Part shown: positions 13,899-25,541 of the stretch, piece after piece | Layout: every line of letters begins with the position of its first letter | Numbering within the stretch: the stretch's first letter is position 1 | DNA from: Waterburya sp. | Lineage (GTDB): Bacteria; Cyanobacteriota; Cyanobacteriia; Cyanobacteriales; Xenococcaceae | NCBI GenBank assembly: GCA_965217895.1 | Contig: CBDCJV010000002.1 | Span: 2,336,001-2,400,000 of the forward strand | Length of the DNA: 64,000 nt | Direction: 5' to 3' | Made by a program: the position numbers and the translations under genes | Notes under the pieces: model-generated | The model's database searches: none | What the model saw: the letters and a program-made list of their open reading frames with translations, nothing else | Told to the model about the DNA's origin: nothing

Positions 13899-14666
13899 CT
13901 ATGCAAAATTAATTACATAGCGATCGCCGAAATCTCGCAAAATATGTTCGACGTGATGAGTTAAATGCTTCCAGCTTGTGTAAGCTTGAGCTTCGATCCA
14001 TTCATATTTCATAAATCGCCACAAAATTTCTATTAAGTTCAGTTGAGGAGAATAGGTTGGCAACCAAAAGATTTCCATTTTCTGCTTACGCCATTGTGCT
14101 ATCTTTTTCCGAAATGCTAGTGAGCGATGAATGGGGGCATTGTCTAAAACTACTACCGTGGATTTGTTGATTTGTTGAACATATAAATCCAAAAATTTAA
14201 TTACTACTTCACTAATGTAAGAATATAACTCGTTTTCTCTATTTAAAAGACCTAGAATATTTAGTCGTTTACTTTGTTTGCTATCTATTCCCACTTGCTG
14301 TTTTGTTTCTTGCCAAGCGTAGGGAACATAAGGAGTGAGACAGAATCCTGTTTCGTCCAAATAGCTTAAATCTATACTTCCCTGCTGTGATAACCTTTGT
14401 AAAGCTTTGAGAATTTGCTTTTTGACTTCGTACATCTTTTTGTCTGGTTGCCCATTGGTTACTTTTCTCACTCTCTTCCATTTCATTGCCAGACATTTTA
14501 GAATTCTTTTAACTGTGTCTTTGCTAGCAACTATTCCCCATTCTTCTCTGATTTTTTCAATTACCTGCTTAAGGTTTTTCGGATTTTGTGTAACCCACTT
14601 TTTAATCTGCTGTTTTTGTGGCGTACTAAAAATTTCTTTTCTTCCTCTTCCAAGCCGATTATACAA
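13899..14666 (-). mobile_element. IS630 family transposase, 5'-truncated, probable pseudogene
   Basis: LDETGF, VLDNAPIH and LPTYSPQLNLIEILW DDE motifs; N-terminal HTH part missing; apparent short deletion at LYSYISEVV. Confidence 0.85.
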
Positions 14667-14878
14667 ACCTACTAATTTGTACTTTGACCAGTTATTTTTC
14701 CAGTTGTATTACGATGAAATAATTGTTTCTTGTATTTGTTTAAGTCTGTAATTTTAATTTTAAATTTATATTAGTGCTAAATTTTACTTAAACAGTAATT
14801 TTTTCAGTCTAAACCACTAAAAAAAGACAGGTATAAAACCTGCCTCAATGTTATTTAATTCAAACTGCTAAAAATAAA

Positions 14879-15886
14879 TTAGAAATTCATCTCTGCTGCT
14901 TGAACTCTTTCGACTTGTTTCTTCTTAATTACCAATAAAATTTGGCAAATCATAATACCGCCAGCAAAAGCCATCAAGCCAGCAATACGGGCGGGACTTT
15001 GCAGAACTACTTCAGTATCCATTTGTCCAAAACCACCAACGTTGGGGTTGTTGGTTAAAGCTTCACCTGTAGCAACTTGCTGTCCTTCGGATACAATTAA
15101 TTCTGGGCCAGCAGGAATAGTGTCAGTTGCCGTGCCATCTTCAGTGTTGATGGTAACTTCATAACCACCAGCTTCTTGAGGGGTAATAGAAGCGATTGTT
15201 CCCGTGGCAGAAGCTTTAATTTGGTTGTTGTTGCTTGCTTCACCAGTAGGATATATTTGTCCGCGTCCTCGGTTAGCTCCTAAATGAACTGGATATTTAC
15301 CAAAACGGATATTTTTGTCCGTTTTGGGATTAGGAGAAAGCACGGGGAAAGTAATCTCTTGATACTGATCTCCAGGAAGAGGTCCGACAAGAACAACGTT
15401 ATCATCGCCTTCTTTATACTCTTGGAAGTAAACACCCGCTGATTCCTCCTTCATTGATTCAGGAATACGGTCTTCAGGAGCGATTTTAAATCCTTCAGGC
15501 AGCATCAAGACTGCACCGACGTTTAAGCCGCCTTTTGAACCATCTCCAAGCACCTGTTGACTTTCTAAGTCGTAAGGGATCTTGACTACAGCTTCAAATA
15601 CAGTGTCAGGTAAGACCGACTGTGGAATTTCTACTTCTGCCTCTTTAGCTGCGAGGTGGCAGTTAGCACAGACAATTCTGCCTGTGGCTTCTCTAGGAGT
15701 TTCTGGAGCAGTTTGTTGCGCCCAAAAAGGATATGCTTCGGCAGACTGAGAGATAGCAATATCGCTAGCGAAGAAAATAGCAATAGTCGCGATCGCCACA
15801 ATTGCAGATTTAGCAATTACCTGTTGAGCAAGTTTAATAACTGCTAATGGTTTCAATGTTCTCATTTGTTTGATCGATAATCTCAA
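14879..15886 (-). CDS. petA: Apocytochrome f
   Basis: YPFWAQQ mature N-terminus, CANCH heme motif, C-terminal TM helix and KKKQVE. Confidence 0.98.
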   Translation of the reverse strand: MRLSIKQMRTLKPLAVIKLAQQVIAKSAIVAIATIAIFFASDIAISQSAEAYPFWAQQTAPETPREATGRIVCANCHLAAKEAEVEIPQSVLPDTVFEAVVKIPYDLESQQVLGDGSKGGLNVGAVLMLPEGFKIAPEDRIPESMKEESAGVYFQEYKEGDDNVVLVGPLPGDQYQEITFPVLSPNPKTDKNIRFGKYPVHLGANRGRGQIYPTGEASNNNQIKASATGTIASITPQEAGGYEVTINTEDGTATDTIPAGPELIVSEGQQVATGEALTNNPNVGGFGQMDTEVVLQSPARIAGLMAFAGGIMICQILLVIKKKQVERVQAAEMNF

Positions 15887-15993
15887 AAAGATTAATATTT
15901 TATGAATAAATATTTGCTGTTAATAAAAAGATTCAAAATTCACGATTAAGGAAATTTCTGTATCTCCTTATCCCTCATCCTTTATCTCTTTAC

Positions 15994-16551
15994 TTAAACC
16001 CAATAAGGTTTTTTGTCAGTACGAAAGTCTGTTTCTGTCCACTGACTAAATATTAGTTTATCGTCTTGCTCTTCAGCGTGAACTAGTTGCAATGATAAAG
16101 GTGCAGGACCTCTAACCACTTTACCAGCCTCGTTATACTGAGAGCCATGACAAGGACAAATAAATTTGTTTTCACTAGCATTCCAAGGCACTACACAACC
16201 CAAGTGAGTACATACGGCATTGATACCGTAGTTGCGTAGAGTAGAATCACCCTCAACTACAACATAGGTAGGATCGCCTTTAAGACCTTGAGCCAAAGTG
16301 CGATCGCCTGGTTGATGTTCTGCTAAAAATTCGCTGATAACAATATCGTTGCCCAAAGCGTCTTTAGCAGTTACACCGCCAGCACCACTGCCACCAGTAT
16401 TAGGAATAAAATATTTTACAACTGGATATAAAGCTCCCAAGGCTACTCCTGTGATTGAGCCAAAGGTAAGCAAGTTCATAAATTGTCTTCGTCCCAGATC
16501 GGGGACATCATTGTCGTCCATGTTGGGAACGTTGCCAGAAATTTGAGCCAT
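15994..16551 (-). CDS. petC: Cytochrome b6f Rieske Fe-S subunit
   Basis: RRQF Tat motif, CTHLGC and CPCHGS. Confidence 0.98.
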   Translation of the reverse strand: MAQISGNVPNMDDNDVPDLGRRQFMNLLTFGSITGVALGALYPVVKYFIPNTGGSGAGGVTAKDALGNDIVISEFLAEHQPGDRTLAQGLKGDPTYVVVEGDSTLRNYGINAVCTHLGCVVPWNASENKFICPCHGSQYNEAGKVVRGPAPLSLQLVHAEEQDDKLIFSQWTETDFRTDKKPYWV

Positions 16552-16675
16552 AACTTAACTATAGATAAATTGTATTTTTTGTAAACTGAGGATAATGACA
16601 TAAACCAATGTATTAAATTATTACAGAGATTGAGTATTGATTCCACTCTGAGTTAGTTTCTTTTTTAATAAAAAT

Positions 16676-16996
16676 ATGATTACAGGCGAACAATTACACC
16701 AGCTTTTATTAGAAAAGTGGGGCTGTTCCTATGATGTACAACTAAGAAAAGTCAAGGGCAGAATTTTTGTGCAGGTAATGTGGAAGTACCTCGAACAAGC
16801 CTCTTTTCCCCTGTCTCCTCAAGAATACGCGGAAAATTTGAATGCGATCGCTAATTATCTCAATGCTTGGAATGGGGTAGAGCAGCTACAGTCTTTTATT
16901 CAGAAAACTAAAGAACGTCCTCGTTTAGGTAAAGCCGTCAGCCTTCAACTGGATTTGGGTGAACGCAGTTCGGAATGGATTTTGGACGATATTTAA
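16676..16996 (+). CDS. DUF3067 family protein
   Basis: KWG.SYDVQ, VMWKYLEQASFP and RPRLGKAVS; usual neighbour of petC. Confidence 0.85.
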   Translation: MITGEQLHQLLLEKWGCSYDVQLRKVKGRIFVQVMWKYLEQASFPLSPQEYAENLNAIANYLNAWNGVEQLQSFIQKTKERPRLGKAVSLQLDLGERSSEWILDDI

Positions 16997-17096
16997 GGAA
17001 TGTAAATAAATGTTAAGCTTGTCTCGGTTGACCGACAAAATTAATTGGTTGAGGATGTTAATAGTTGGTTGTTAATCTTAAATATGAATGATTTGT

Positions 17097-17202
17097 GTAG
17101 GGGCTATTCGTGAGACAGTTGCGGTGGGTCGAGACCCCGCGCCGCCGTCAGGCGTAAGGGAATGCTTTCCGATGTCGAACCCGAAGGGCGAATAGCCCTT
17201 AC
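17097..17202. repeat. GTAG-type REP hairpin carrying a nested mini-element
   Basis: gtaggggctattcg ... cgaatagcccttac arms. The interior gaccccgcgccgccgtcaggcg.aagggaatgctttccgatgtcgaacc recurs inverted at ~41851-41900. Confidence 0.75.
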
Positions 17203-17236
17203 GAGACATATGTAAGAAACACTATTTAATTTGGTA

Positions 17237-18649
17237 TTAGGTCAAAAGTTTGGTGCTGCCAACCCATTGATCTTTGGCGGCAACAAAAGCACGAACAGAA
17301 CGGGTAATATCTTCCTCAGTCGTCGCCCAAGAACAGATGCTGATCCGAATAGCGACTCTGCCGTTCCAGGTTGTTCCACCTGCCCAGCATTCGCCAGATT
17401 TTTGAACCTGTTCCATAATTATCTTAGTGGCTTCGTCGCGATCGCCAGCGATTAGCACCTGATTGAAAACAACATCATTCAAAACATGAAAGCCTGCTGC
17501 GCTTAGTTCATTGCCCATTTGAACCGCTCTTTGATGCAGACCAAATACCAATTCATCCACCCCCGCCTTACCTAAATATTTTAAGGAAGCCCATAGTTCT
17601 GTAGCCCGCGCCCGTCTAGACATTTCAGGGGTATAGAGCATCCCGTCTCGGTTTTCGCTGTATGCCATATACGACCCAGAAGTATGGAGAGCATGGGTCA
17701 AAGCAGCTTTGTCACTGCATAATATAATCCCGCTATCGTAGGGCGTATTAAGGGTTTTGTGACCATCTCCCGACCAGGAATTTGCCTTTTCTATTCCTTT
17801 TGTTAAGTGGCAAAGTCTTTTTGTGCCAGCAGCCCAAAGACCAAATGCGCCGTCGATATGAACCCAAGCCTGGGCTTGGTTGGCGTGATCGCAAATTTCA
17901 TCAAAAGGATCGAAAGCACCAGAACTTACCTGTCCTGCTTGCAAAATAATAATTGTGCTTCCATCTAACTCAGGCACACAAGAGGAAATAATTCTGCCCT
18001 GGCTGTCCGTATCTACCCACTCTATGTTATCCGTACCCAAGCCTAATAGTGCGATCGCTTTGACAACCGTTCCGTGAGTTTGGCGACCAGTGACAACTCT
18101 AATCTTAGGCGCACCATTTAGTCCTTGCTTGTTAATGTCCCAATGATGGTTTTGCAAAATTCGGTATCGAGCAGCAGCTAAACCACAAAATATCGCTAAA
18201 GAAGAACCACTGACAAAACCAGCTACAGTTTGTTTGGGCAAGCCTAGTAGCTCTATCAGCCACGTTTCAACCACAGATTCAAGTTTGGCAGAGATGGGTG
18301 ACATGGCATAGAGTGCCGAATTTTGATCCCAAAAGTCAGCTAGCCAACGCACGGCAAGGGCTGCTGGTAAAACGCCTCCAGTGACGAAGCCAAAGTAACG
18401 CCCGCCGATTTGTGATGTCGTTCCAGGCGATCCATATTTATGTAGCTTGGCTAAAATGTCAGCCGTTTCTCCGACATCAGTAGGTAAGTCTTCAATAAAG
18501 TGTTCTAAATTCTCGATCGCTTCATCTGTGGGGAAAACATTGCGTTCGAGGGCATTGTCTGCATATTTAAAGGCATAACTTTGCGCCTGGTTAAATATTT
18601 CTTTGCGCTTCATTTCCTGAAACATCTTTGACTGAAAACTATTAGCCAT
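17237..18649 (-). CDS. Group II PLP-dependent decarboxylase
   Basis: RYFGFVTGG, WVHIDGAFGLW, DGHKTLNTPYDSG (PLP Lys) and PEMSRRAR. Confidence 0.9.
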   Translation of the reverse strand: MANSFQSKMFQEMKRKEIFNQAQSYAFKYADNALERNVFPTDEAIENLEHFIEDLPTDVGETADILAKLHKYGSPGTTSQIGGRYFGFVTGGVLPAALAVRWLADFWDQNSALYAMSPISAKLESVVETWLIELLGLPKQTVAGFVSGSSLAIFCGLAAARYRILQNHHWDINKQGLNGAPKIRVVTGRQTHGTVVKAIALLGLGTDNIEWVDTDSQGRIISSCVPELDGSTIIILQAGQVSSGAFDPFDEICDHANQAQAWVHIDGAFGLWAAGTKRLCHLTKGIEKANSWSGDGHKTLNTPYDSGIILCSDKAALTHALHTSGSYMAYSENRDGMLYTPEMSRRARATELWASLKYLGKAGVDELVFGLHQRAVQMGNELSAAGFHVLNDVVFNQVLIAGDRDEATKIIMEQVQKSGECWAGGTTWNGRVAIRISICSWATTEEDITRSVRAFVAAKDQWVGSTKLLT

Positions 18650-18796
18650 CGTGTTTTTCCTTAGACTTAATGAGTTCGTGTTTTTACCTGACGTTGGTTT
18701 GGTCGTAGTTTAAAAATAAATAATTAGTGTGAGGCGATCGCTCTTATCCCACAATGGGCATTCTATAATTATTCGCGATCGCTAAATTTAATCTAA

Positions 18797-19328
18797 ATGC
18801 CCAACTATCGACGACTGTACATTCTTGGTGGCACTTATTTTCTAACGATAGTTACCTATTGTCGTCGTCCATTATTCAAAGATGCTCAAAACATTGAGCT
18901 TTTACGTACTGCTGTTGCTAAAGTCCAAGGGAAGCAACCATTTAAAATTATAGCTGCGGTAATTTTGCCAGACCACCTGCATTTTATTTGGCAGTTACCT
19001 CCTGATGATTCTAATTATTCTCAAAGAATATCGAGATTAAAAGTATTGTTTACCCGCGCTTATAAAGCCAGAAATCCCTCCAATCTGGAAATTTCCCTCT
19101 CGTTACAAACATCGAGAAAGTGATGTCTGGCAAAGAAGGTTTTGGGAACATTCAATTAGAGATGAAGCAGATTTGCAAAAGCATTTAGATTATATCCATT
19201 ACAATCCCGTCAAACATGGACTGGTTTCTTGTCCTCATTTGTGGTCATATTCTAGTTTTTCTCATTGGGTAAAGAGAGATAGATACGCTCAAGATTGGTG
19301 TTGCGTTTGTCAAAACAAGGTTTGGTAG
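18797..19328 (+). pseudogene. REP-associated tyrosine transposase (RAYT, Y1 HUH family), frameshifted
   Basis: MPNYRR..GGTYFLTIVT and LPDHLH (HUH). After a frameshift near 19090-19100 it continues RYKHRESDVWQRRFWEHSIRD...DYIHYNPVKHG to TAG at 19328. Confidence 0.9.
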
Positions 19329-19470
19329 GGTGGGCATTGCAAAATATATAGAACGGCAAGATTAATTGGTTAATGCCCACCATTATCGATATTTGATGTT
19401 GATTTGATTTGGTGGGCAGCAAGCTATTCTTGAAATGCTAATTAGCTTGTATTATTCTTGCCCACCCTAC
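19325..19470. repeat. REP doublet (gtagggtgggca/tgcccac hairpins) next to the RAYT
   Basis: gtagggtgggcatt..aatgcccacc and ggtgggcagcaag..cttgcccaccctac. Confidence 0.8.
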
Positions 19471-19497
19471 AGGCGATCGCTTTCAGCTAATTTTAAT

Positions 19498-19953
19498 TCA
19501 TTCGTTACGGATACTTCCATCGACCCAAATAGTGTTCCTATAGATGTTTTCTTTGAGGAAAAGATGTTCGATATCAGCTCCGACAAAACTAGCGTTAGTC
19601 AGATTACTTCTAGCAATCTCAGCAGATCCCAAATTAGCTCCATTCAAAATAGCACCAGTCAGATTAGCTCTTTTGAAAGTAGCCCAACTGAGTTCGGCAC
19701 CAGTTAGATTAGCTCCACTGAGATTGGAATGATCTAAACAAGCGGAATTGAAGTAAGTTCCAGTCAAATTAGCCCCACTCAAGTCAATTCCTTCCATATA
19801 GGAGTCGGACAAATCCAATCCACTAAAGTTAACTCCAGCCAAACTAGTATTGACAATCTGACCAATGAACAATTTATAAATAGTGAAATCTCTGACTCCT
19901 TCACTATAGAGTTTAAGGATATCTTCGTCCTCAAGCAGTGGTTTATCGATCAT
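19498..19953 (-). CDS. Pentapeptide repeat protein
   Basis: Y..G.RDF N-terminus and A(N/D)L(S/T)G repeats. Confidence 0.9.
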   Translation of the reverse strand: MIDKPLLEDEDILKLYSEGVRDFTIYKLFIGQIVNTSLAGVNFSGLDLSDSYMEGIDLSGANLTGTYFNSACLDHSNLSGANLTGAELSWATFKRANLTGAILNGANLGSAEIARSNLTNASFVGADIEHLFLKENIYRNTIWVDGSIRNE

Positions 19954-20010
19954 GCTGTTTCTCCTAAATCATCTGTCGGTATTTTAGATAAAATTAATAA
20001 TCTAATGTTT

Positions 20011-20118
20011 TAATGCCCACCACAATTAATATTTAATGTTAATGATGGTTTGATTTGGTGTGCCACAAGTTATTTTTGAAACGCATAATTTGTTGGTGTT
20101 GTTTTTTGCCCACCCTAC
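20011..20118. repeat. Second diverged copy of the REP segment at 19371-19470
   Basis: taatgcccacca...tgatttggtg...ttgcccaccctac, collinear with 19371-19470. Confidence 0.75.
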
Positions 20119-20197
20119 TAACGGTTATGACTTATTTCTTTAGGGTAGACAAACAAGTAAACTGGTTAATGGTCAAATCGGATAACTTGAGGTAGTC

Positions 20198-21331
20198 ATG
20201 AAAGACAGACGAGTTGGCGTAATTGGTGGCGGACAACTGGCTTGGATGATGGGACTAGAAGCACCCAAATTGGGTATTAAGCTGATTGTACAAACTCCCG
20301 ATCGAGACGATCCAGCCGTAGAGCGATCGCATCAGGTAGTTTTAACAAACATTGATGATGCAGAAGGGACAGATAAGTTAGCTCAAATGTGTGATGTTAT
20401 CACTTTTGAAAATGAATTTATCGATCTAAAGGCATTATACAAGCTCGAACAAAAGGGAGTATGTTTTCGACCTAGTTTGGATACTCTTGCGCCTCTATTA
20501 GATAAGTACGATCAACGTAGTTATCTCCAGAGTATTGATGTTCCTGTCCCCCAGTTTAGTCTTTATTCATCTGAAAAAGAGCTTGTTTCTAACTATGGTT
20601 TTTCTGTCGTTTTGAAAGCGCGTCGTCATGGCTACGATGGTCAAGGAACTTTTATTATTAAGGATCTTCAAAGCTTACAGACTTTAGCTAAAAGTGTTCC
20701 TGTTGATGAATTACTAGTTGAAGAATTTGTTCCTTTTGCCCAAGAATTAGGGATTATCGCTGCACGTAATGTATCGGGGGAGATTGCTATTTATCCCGTT
20801 ACTGAAACCTACCAGAAGAATCAGGTGTGTCACTGGACAATAACCCCTGCTGATATTAGTTATGAGGTAGCTGAAGAAGTAAAGGCGATCGCCCGCAAGA
20901 TTTTAGATAAACTTAAGGTAGTTGGAGTATTTGGCATTGAATTTTTCCTAACTGCCGATAACAAAGTGTTGGTAAACGAAATTGCACCACGTACTCATAA
21001 TTCGGGACACTATACCCTAGATGCTTGTTATATTTCTCAGTTTGCCATGCAGCTACAGGCAGTAACGGGTTTACCTCTGGGTTCGACAGAATTGAAATCC
21101 GCAGGTGCTTTGATGGTGAATCTATTAGGTTATGAAGAGTCTGAGTCTGAATATTTAGAAAAGCGCGATCGCATTTTAACTATTCCTAATTCCTTCTTGC
21201 ATTGGTATAGCAAAACATCTCATCCTGGTAGAAAATTAGGTCACGTTACAGTTATTCTCGATAGTTCACAATTAACTGATGCTAAATCGATTATTAGTCA
21301 CATCGAATCTGTTTGGTATGGAAAAGAATAA
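20198..21331 (+). CDS. purK: N5-carboxyaminoimidazole ribonucleotide synthase
   Basis: GVIGGGQL, ITFENE, GYDGQG, NEIAPRTHNSGH and GRKLGHVT. Confidence 0.96.
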   Translation: MKDRRVGVIGGGQLAWMMGLEAPKLGIKLIVQTPDRDDPAVERSHQVVLTNIDDAEGTDKLAQMCDVITFENEFIDLKALYKLEQKGVCFRPSLDTLAPLLDKYDQRSYLQSIDVPVPQFSLYSSEKELVSNYGFSVVLKARRHGYDGQGTFIIKDLQSLQTLAKSVPVDELLVEEFVPFAQELGIIAARNVSGEIAIYPVTETYQKNQVCHWTITPADISYEVAEEVKAIARKILDKLKVVGVFGIEFFLTADNKVLVNEIAPRTHNSGHYTLDACYISQFAMQLQAVTGLPLGSTELKSAGALMVNLLGYEESESEYLEKRDRILTIPNSFLHWYSKTSHPGRKLGHVTVILDSSQLTDAKSIISHIESVWYGKE

Positions 21332-21371
21332 GCAGCTATCAAAATAAAGACTTTTATAATATTACAAATAT

Positions 21372-21608
21372 ATGCCAACAGTTTTGAGGATAGGAGCATA
21401 TCGTTTTTATTTCTACAGTCACGAACCAAATGAACCTCCTCATATTCATATTGATAGAGATAATTTTTCGGCAAAATTCTGGTTAGAGCCAGTGGCGTTA
21501 GCTAAAAATATTGGATTTAGGGGTAAAGAACTCAGAAAGCTAGAATTATTAGTAAGAGAAAATCAAATCAACTTAGTAGAGGCGTGGAATGGGTATTTTA
21601 GCAATTAG
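21372..21608 (+). CDS. DUF4160 family protein (putative toxin)
   Basis: MPTVLRIG.YRFYFYS.E..EPPHIH...AKFWL. Confidence 0.88.
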   Translation: MPTVLRIGAYRFYFYSHEPNEPPHIHIDRDNFSAKFWLEPVALAKNIGFRGKELRKLELLVRENQINLVEAWNGYFSN

Positions 21609-21861
21609 AGCCGATGAAAGAGTTCAGGATGTCTACTTTAGCGAAGATACTATTAGTGTAGATATTATGGATGGCAGAACTATTACCGTTCCTTTGGTTT
21701 GGTATCCTAGACTGTTAGCAGCTACCCCCAAACAAAGAGAAAAATGGTCAATTTGTGGTGGTGGCTACGGTATCCACTGGTCAGAAATAAACGAAGATCT
21801 AAGTACAGAGGGATTATTACGAGGCGCACCAGCACCCCGCAGCCAATTTCCAGATAAATAA
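21589..21861 (+). CDS. DUF2442 family protein (putative antitoxin)
   Basis: DGRTITVPLVWYPRL..AT..QR..W...GIHW..INEDLS.EGLL; overlaps the DUF4160 gene. Confidence 0.88.
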   Translation: MGILAIRADERVQDVYFSEDTISVDIMDGRTITVPLVWYPRLLAATPKQREKWSICGGGYGIHWSEINEDLSTEGLLRGAPAPRSQFPDK

Positions 21862-22078
21862 AATAGTCGTATTAAAAATGAACTAGCATCAATCTCTAAA
21901 CTGCAAAATCTACGTTAATGAATTACTTTGATAAATAATTTGTCGCTGATAATTATTCCTCAAGTCTGAGCAAATGTAACGAAATGCAAAGTATAATAAT
22001 CAAACTAGGTCACAAAGTCACAAAAACTTACTGAGTGACTTATGAGTGTAAACCGTTATTTGAGATTGATATATTTAA

Positions 22079-23497
<1,419 letters not shown>

Positions 23498-23624
23498 ATA
23501 TTTGTTACTTGTGAATTGTCCCTAGTAGCTAATAGGATGAGACAATGCTAAATGGCTAGGGCAACAAATGTCTATAACCCTAACACCTGCCAAATCAAAG
23601 ATAGTACATCTGCTTGCTTTGTGA

Positions 23625-24554
23625 ATGTTGCAATTACCAAAAACAAAAACGAAAAAAAATCTAGTCTCGGTAGATGAGGCTTATGAACTCTGTCGCCAAA
23701 TCACGGCAGAATATGCCAAAACTTTTTACTTTGGTACTCTGTTGATGCCAAAAGAAAAAAGCAAAGCTATCTGGGCAATCTATGCCTGGTGTCGTCTGAC
23801 AGATGAGTTAGTAGATGGTGCTAAAGCACAATTTACTACTAATGAAACTTTAGTAGAATGGGAACAACAGCTAGAATCCATCTTTGCAGGATATCCCCTA
23901 GATGATACAGATGTGGCATTAGTTGATACCATTCAACACTATCCTATGGGCATCCAGCCTTTTCGGGATATGATTGCGGGTCAACAAATGGATTTAGTCA
24001 AAAACCGCTATCAAACCTTTAAAGAACTTGAGCTATACTGTTATCGCGTTGCGGGTACAGTGGGCTTAATGTCCAATGCGGTATTAGGTATTGGGGCAGA
24101 TGCCAATGGTGTGCCTTGGGAAAGAGAAAAGCCCATCTACGTACCGACAGAAGAAGCTATTTCTCTAGGGATGGCAATGCAGCTAACTAATATTTTGCGA
24201 GATGTTGGGGAAGATATGCAGCGCGATCGCATTTATCTTCCTCTTGAAGATCTTCACGCCTTTAACTATACAGAGGCAGATCTATTAGCTGGAGTAGTTG
24301 ATGAACGTTGGAAAGCAATGATGAAATTCCAAATTAAGCGCGCTAGGAAATATTATAAGCAAGCCGAAATAGGTATTCGTTATCTAATTCGTGATTCTCG
24401 CCTACCAGTTTGGGCTTCATTGATGCTTTATCAGGGCATTCTTAATGAAATTGAAGCCAATGGTTATGATGTTTTTAATCAAAGAGCTTTTGTGTCAAAA
24501 CCCAAAAAAACTCTATCTTTACCCATAGCTTGGTTGAGGGCGCAAGTATTGTAA
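23625..24554 (+). CDS. crtB: Phytoene synthase
   Basis: KTFYFG, DELVD, YCYRVAGTVG and QLTNILRDVGED. Confidence 0.96.
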   Translation: MLQLPKTKTKKNLVSVDEAYELCRQITAEYAKTFYFGTLLMPKEKSKAIWAIYAWCRLTDELVDGAKAQFTTNETLVEWEQQLESIFAGYPLDDTDVALVDTIQHYPMGIQPFRDMIAGQQMDLVKNRYQTFKELELYCYRVAGTVGLMSNAVLGIGADANGVPWEREKPIYVPTEEAISLGMAMQLTNILRDVGEDMQRDRIYLPLEDLHAFNYTEADLLAGVVDERWKAMMKFQIKRARKYYKQAEIGIRYLIRDSRLPVWASLMLYQGILNEIEANGYDVFNQRAFVSKPKKTLSLPIAWLRAQVL

Positions 24555-24621
24555 CTTTTGTCGATGGGTATTTCAAGTTAAGCTGAGATATTAGAATAAT
24601 TACCAAAAACAAAAATTACTT

Positions 24622-25083
24622 ATGATATTTCGATTTGTAGCGGTATTGCTAATTACTAGTCTTTTTTGGCTAAGTAGCTGGGTCGTGACTCCCACAGCAG
24701 AAGCAATGACTTCGATAAAACTTTCTAATCTTACTTATGAACCCTGCGCTGGAGATGATGCTAATGGCAGCGTCACTAGTGGAGATATTAGACCAGCCAG
24801 TTGTTATACCATTAAAGGTAAAGCCAAAAACATAACAGGTAAAACCGTAGTGGATGCCGATGTATTTGGGCGTATCTATGATGCCAATGACAATTTAACC
24901 TATGAAAATCGAGGGCGCGTTGGCACAATAGAAGAAGTTCCTCCAGGAGTCAGCGACTTTGCAATTAGAGTCAGTGTTCCTGCAAATCAGCCAACACCTT
25001 TGAAGCTAAAAGATTTTAAAGCTTCTGGATTTGCAGGAAAAGTTCGCCCTTATTACTACGACGATTTTGAGTACGACAATTGA
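24622..25083 (+). CDS. Conserved secreted hypothetical protein
   Basis: Signal peptide; DADVFGRIYDAN and PLKLK.FKASGF motifs. Confidence 0.7.
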   Translation: MIFRFVAVLLITSLFWLSSWVVTPTAEAMTSIKLSNLTYEPCAGDDANGSVTSGDIRPASCYTIKGKAKNITGKTVVDADVFGRIYDANDNLTYENRGRVGTIEEVPPGVSDFAIRVSVPANQPTPLKLKDFKASGFAGKVRPYYYDDFEYDN

Positions 25084-25085
25084 GC

Positions 25086-25379
25086 TTAAAATCCCATAGC
25101 ATAAGAGCTATTGGCTAAGCTGACGGCGATCGCTCCTAACTGGCTTTGCACAAATCCCAAGAGAAGTATTGCCAAAATTGCCGAGATATCAATCCCGCCA
25201 AGAGGTGGGATAATTGAGCGAAATATATTGAGGTAAGGGTCTGTAATGGGACTCAAGAAAGAAATAATTTGTCCTGCCCATTCAGCAGTTTGAAACCATG
25301 AAAGCAAAATTCTGACAATTAGTAATACGTAATAAATTTGTAAAAACTTAATAAGACTAGTTACTATTAAACTACTCAT
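25086..25379 (-). CDS. YggT / Ycf19 family membrane protein
   Basis: RILLSWF and TDPYLNIFRSIIPPLGGIDIS. Confidence 0.92.
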   Translation of the reverse strand: MSSLIVTSLIKFLQIYYVLLIVRILLSWFQTAEWAGQIISFLSPITDPYLNIFRSIIPPLGGIDISAILAILLLGFVQSQLGAIAVSLANSSYAMGF

Positions 25380-25541
25380 AAACTTAGTTAACTCCGCAGT
25401 AAATCAATATATTTTTGGTGTGGCTATTATAACTCTACTATTTTAAAGGAAAAACTATGCAGATAGAAATGCTAATCGAGTTAGTAATTACCGACAATCA
25501 TCCAAGATCATAGAAGTGAGAAATAAATATGGACGGGGTTT

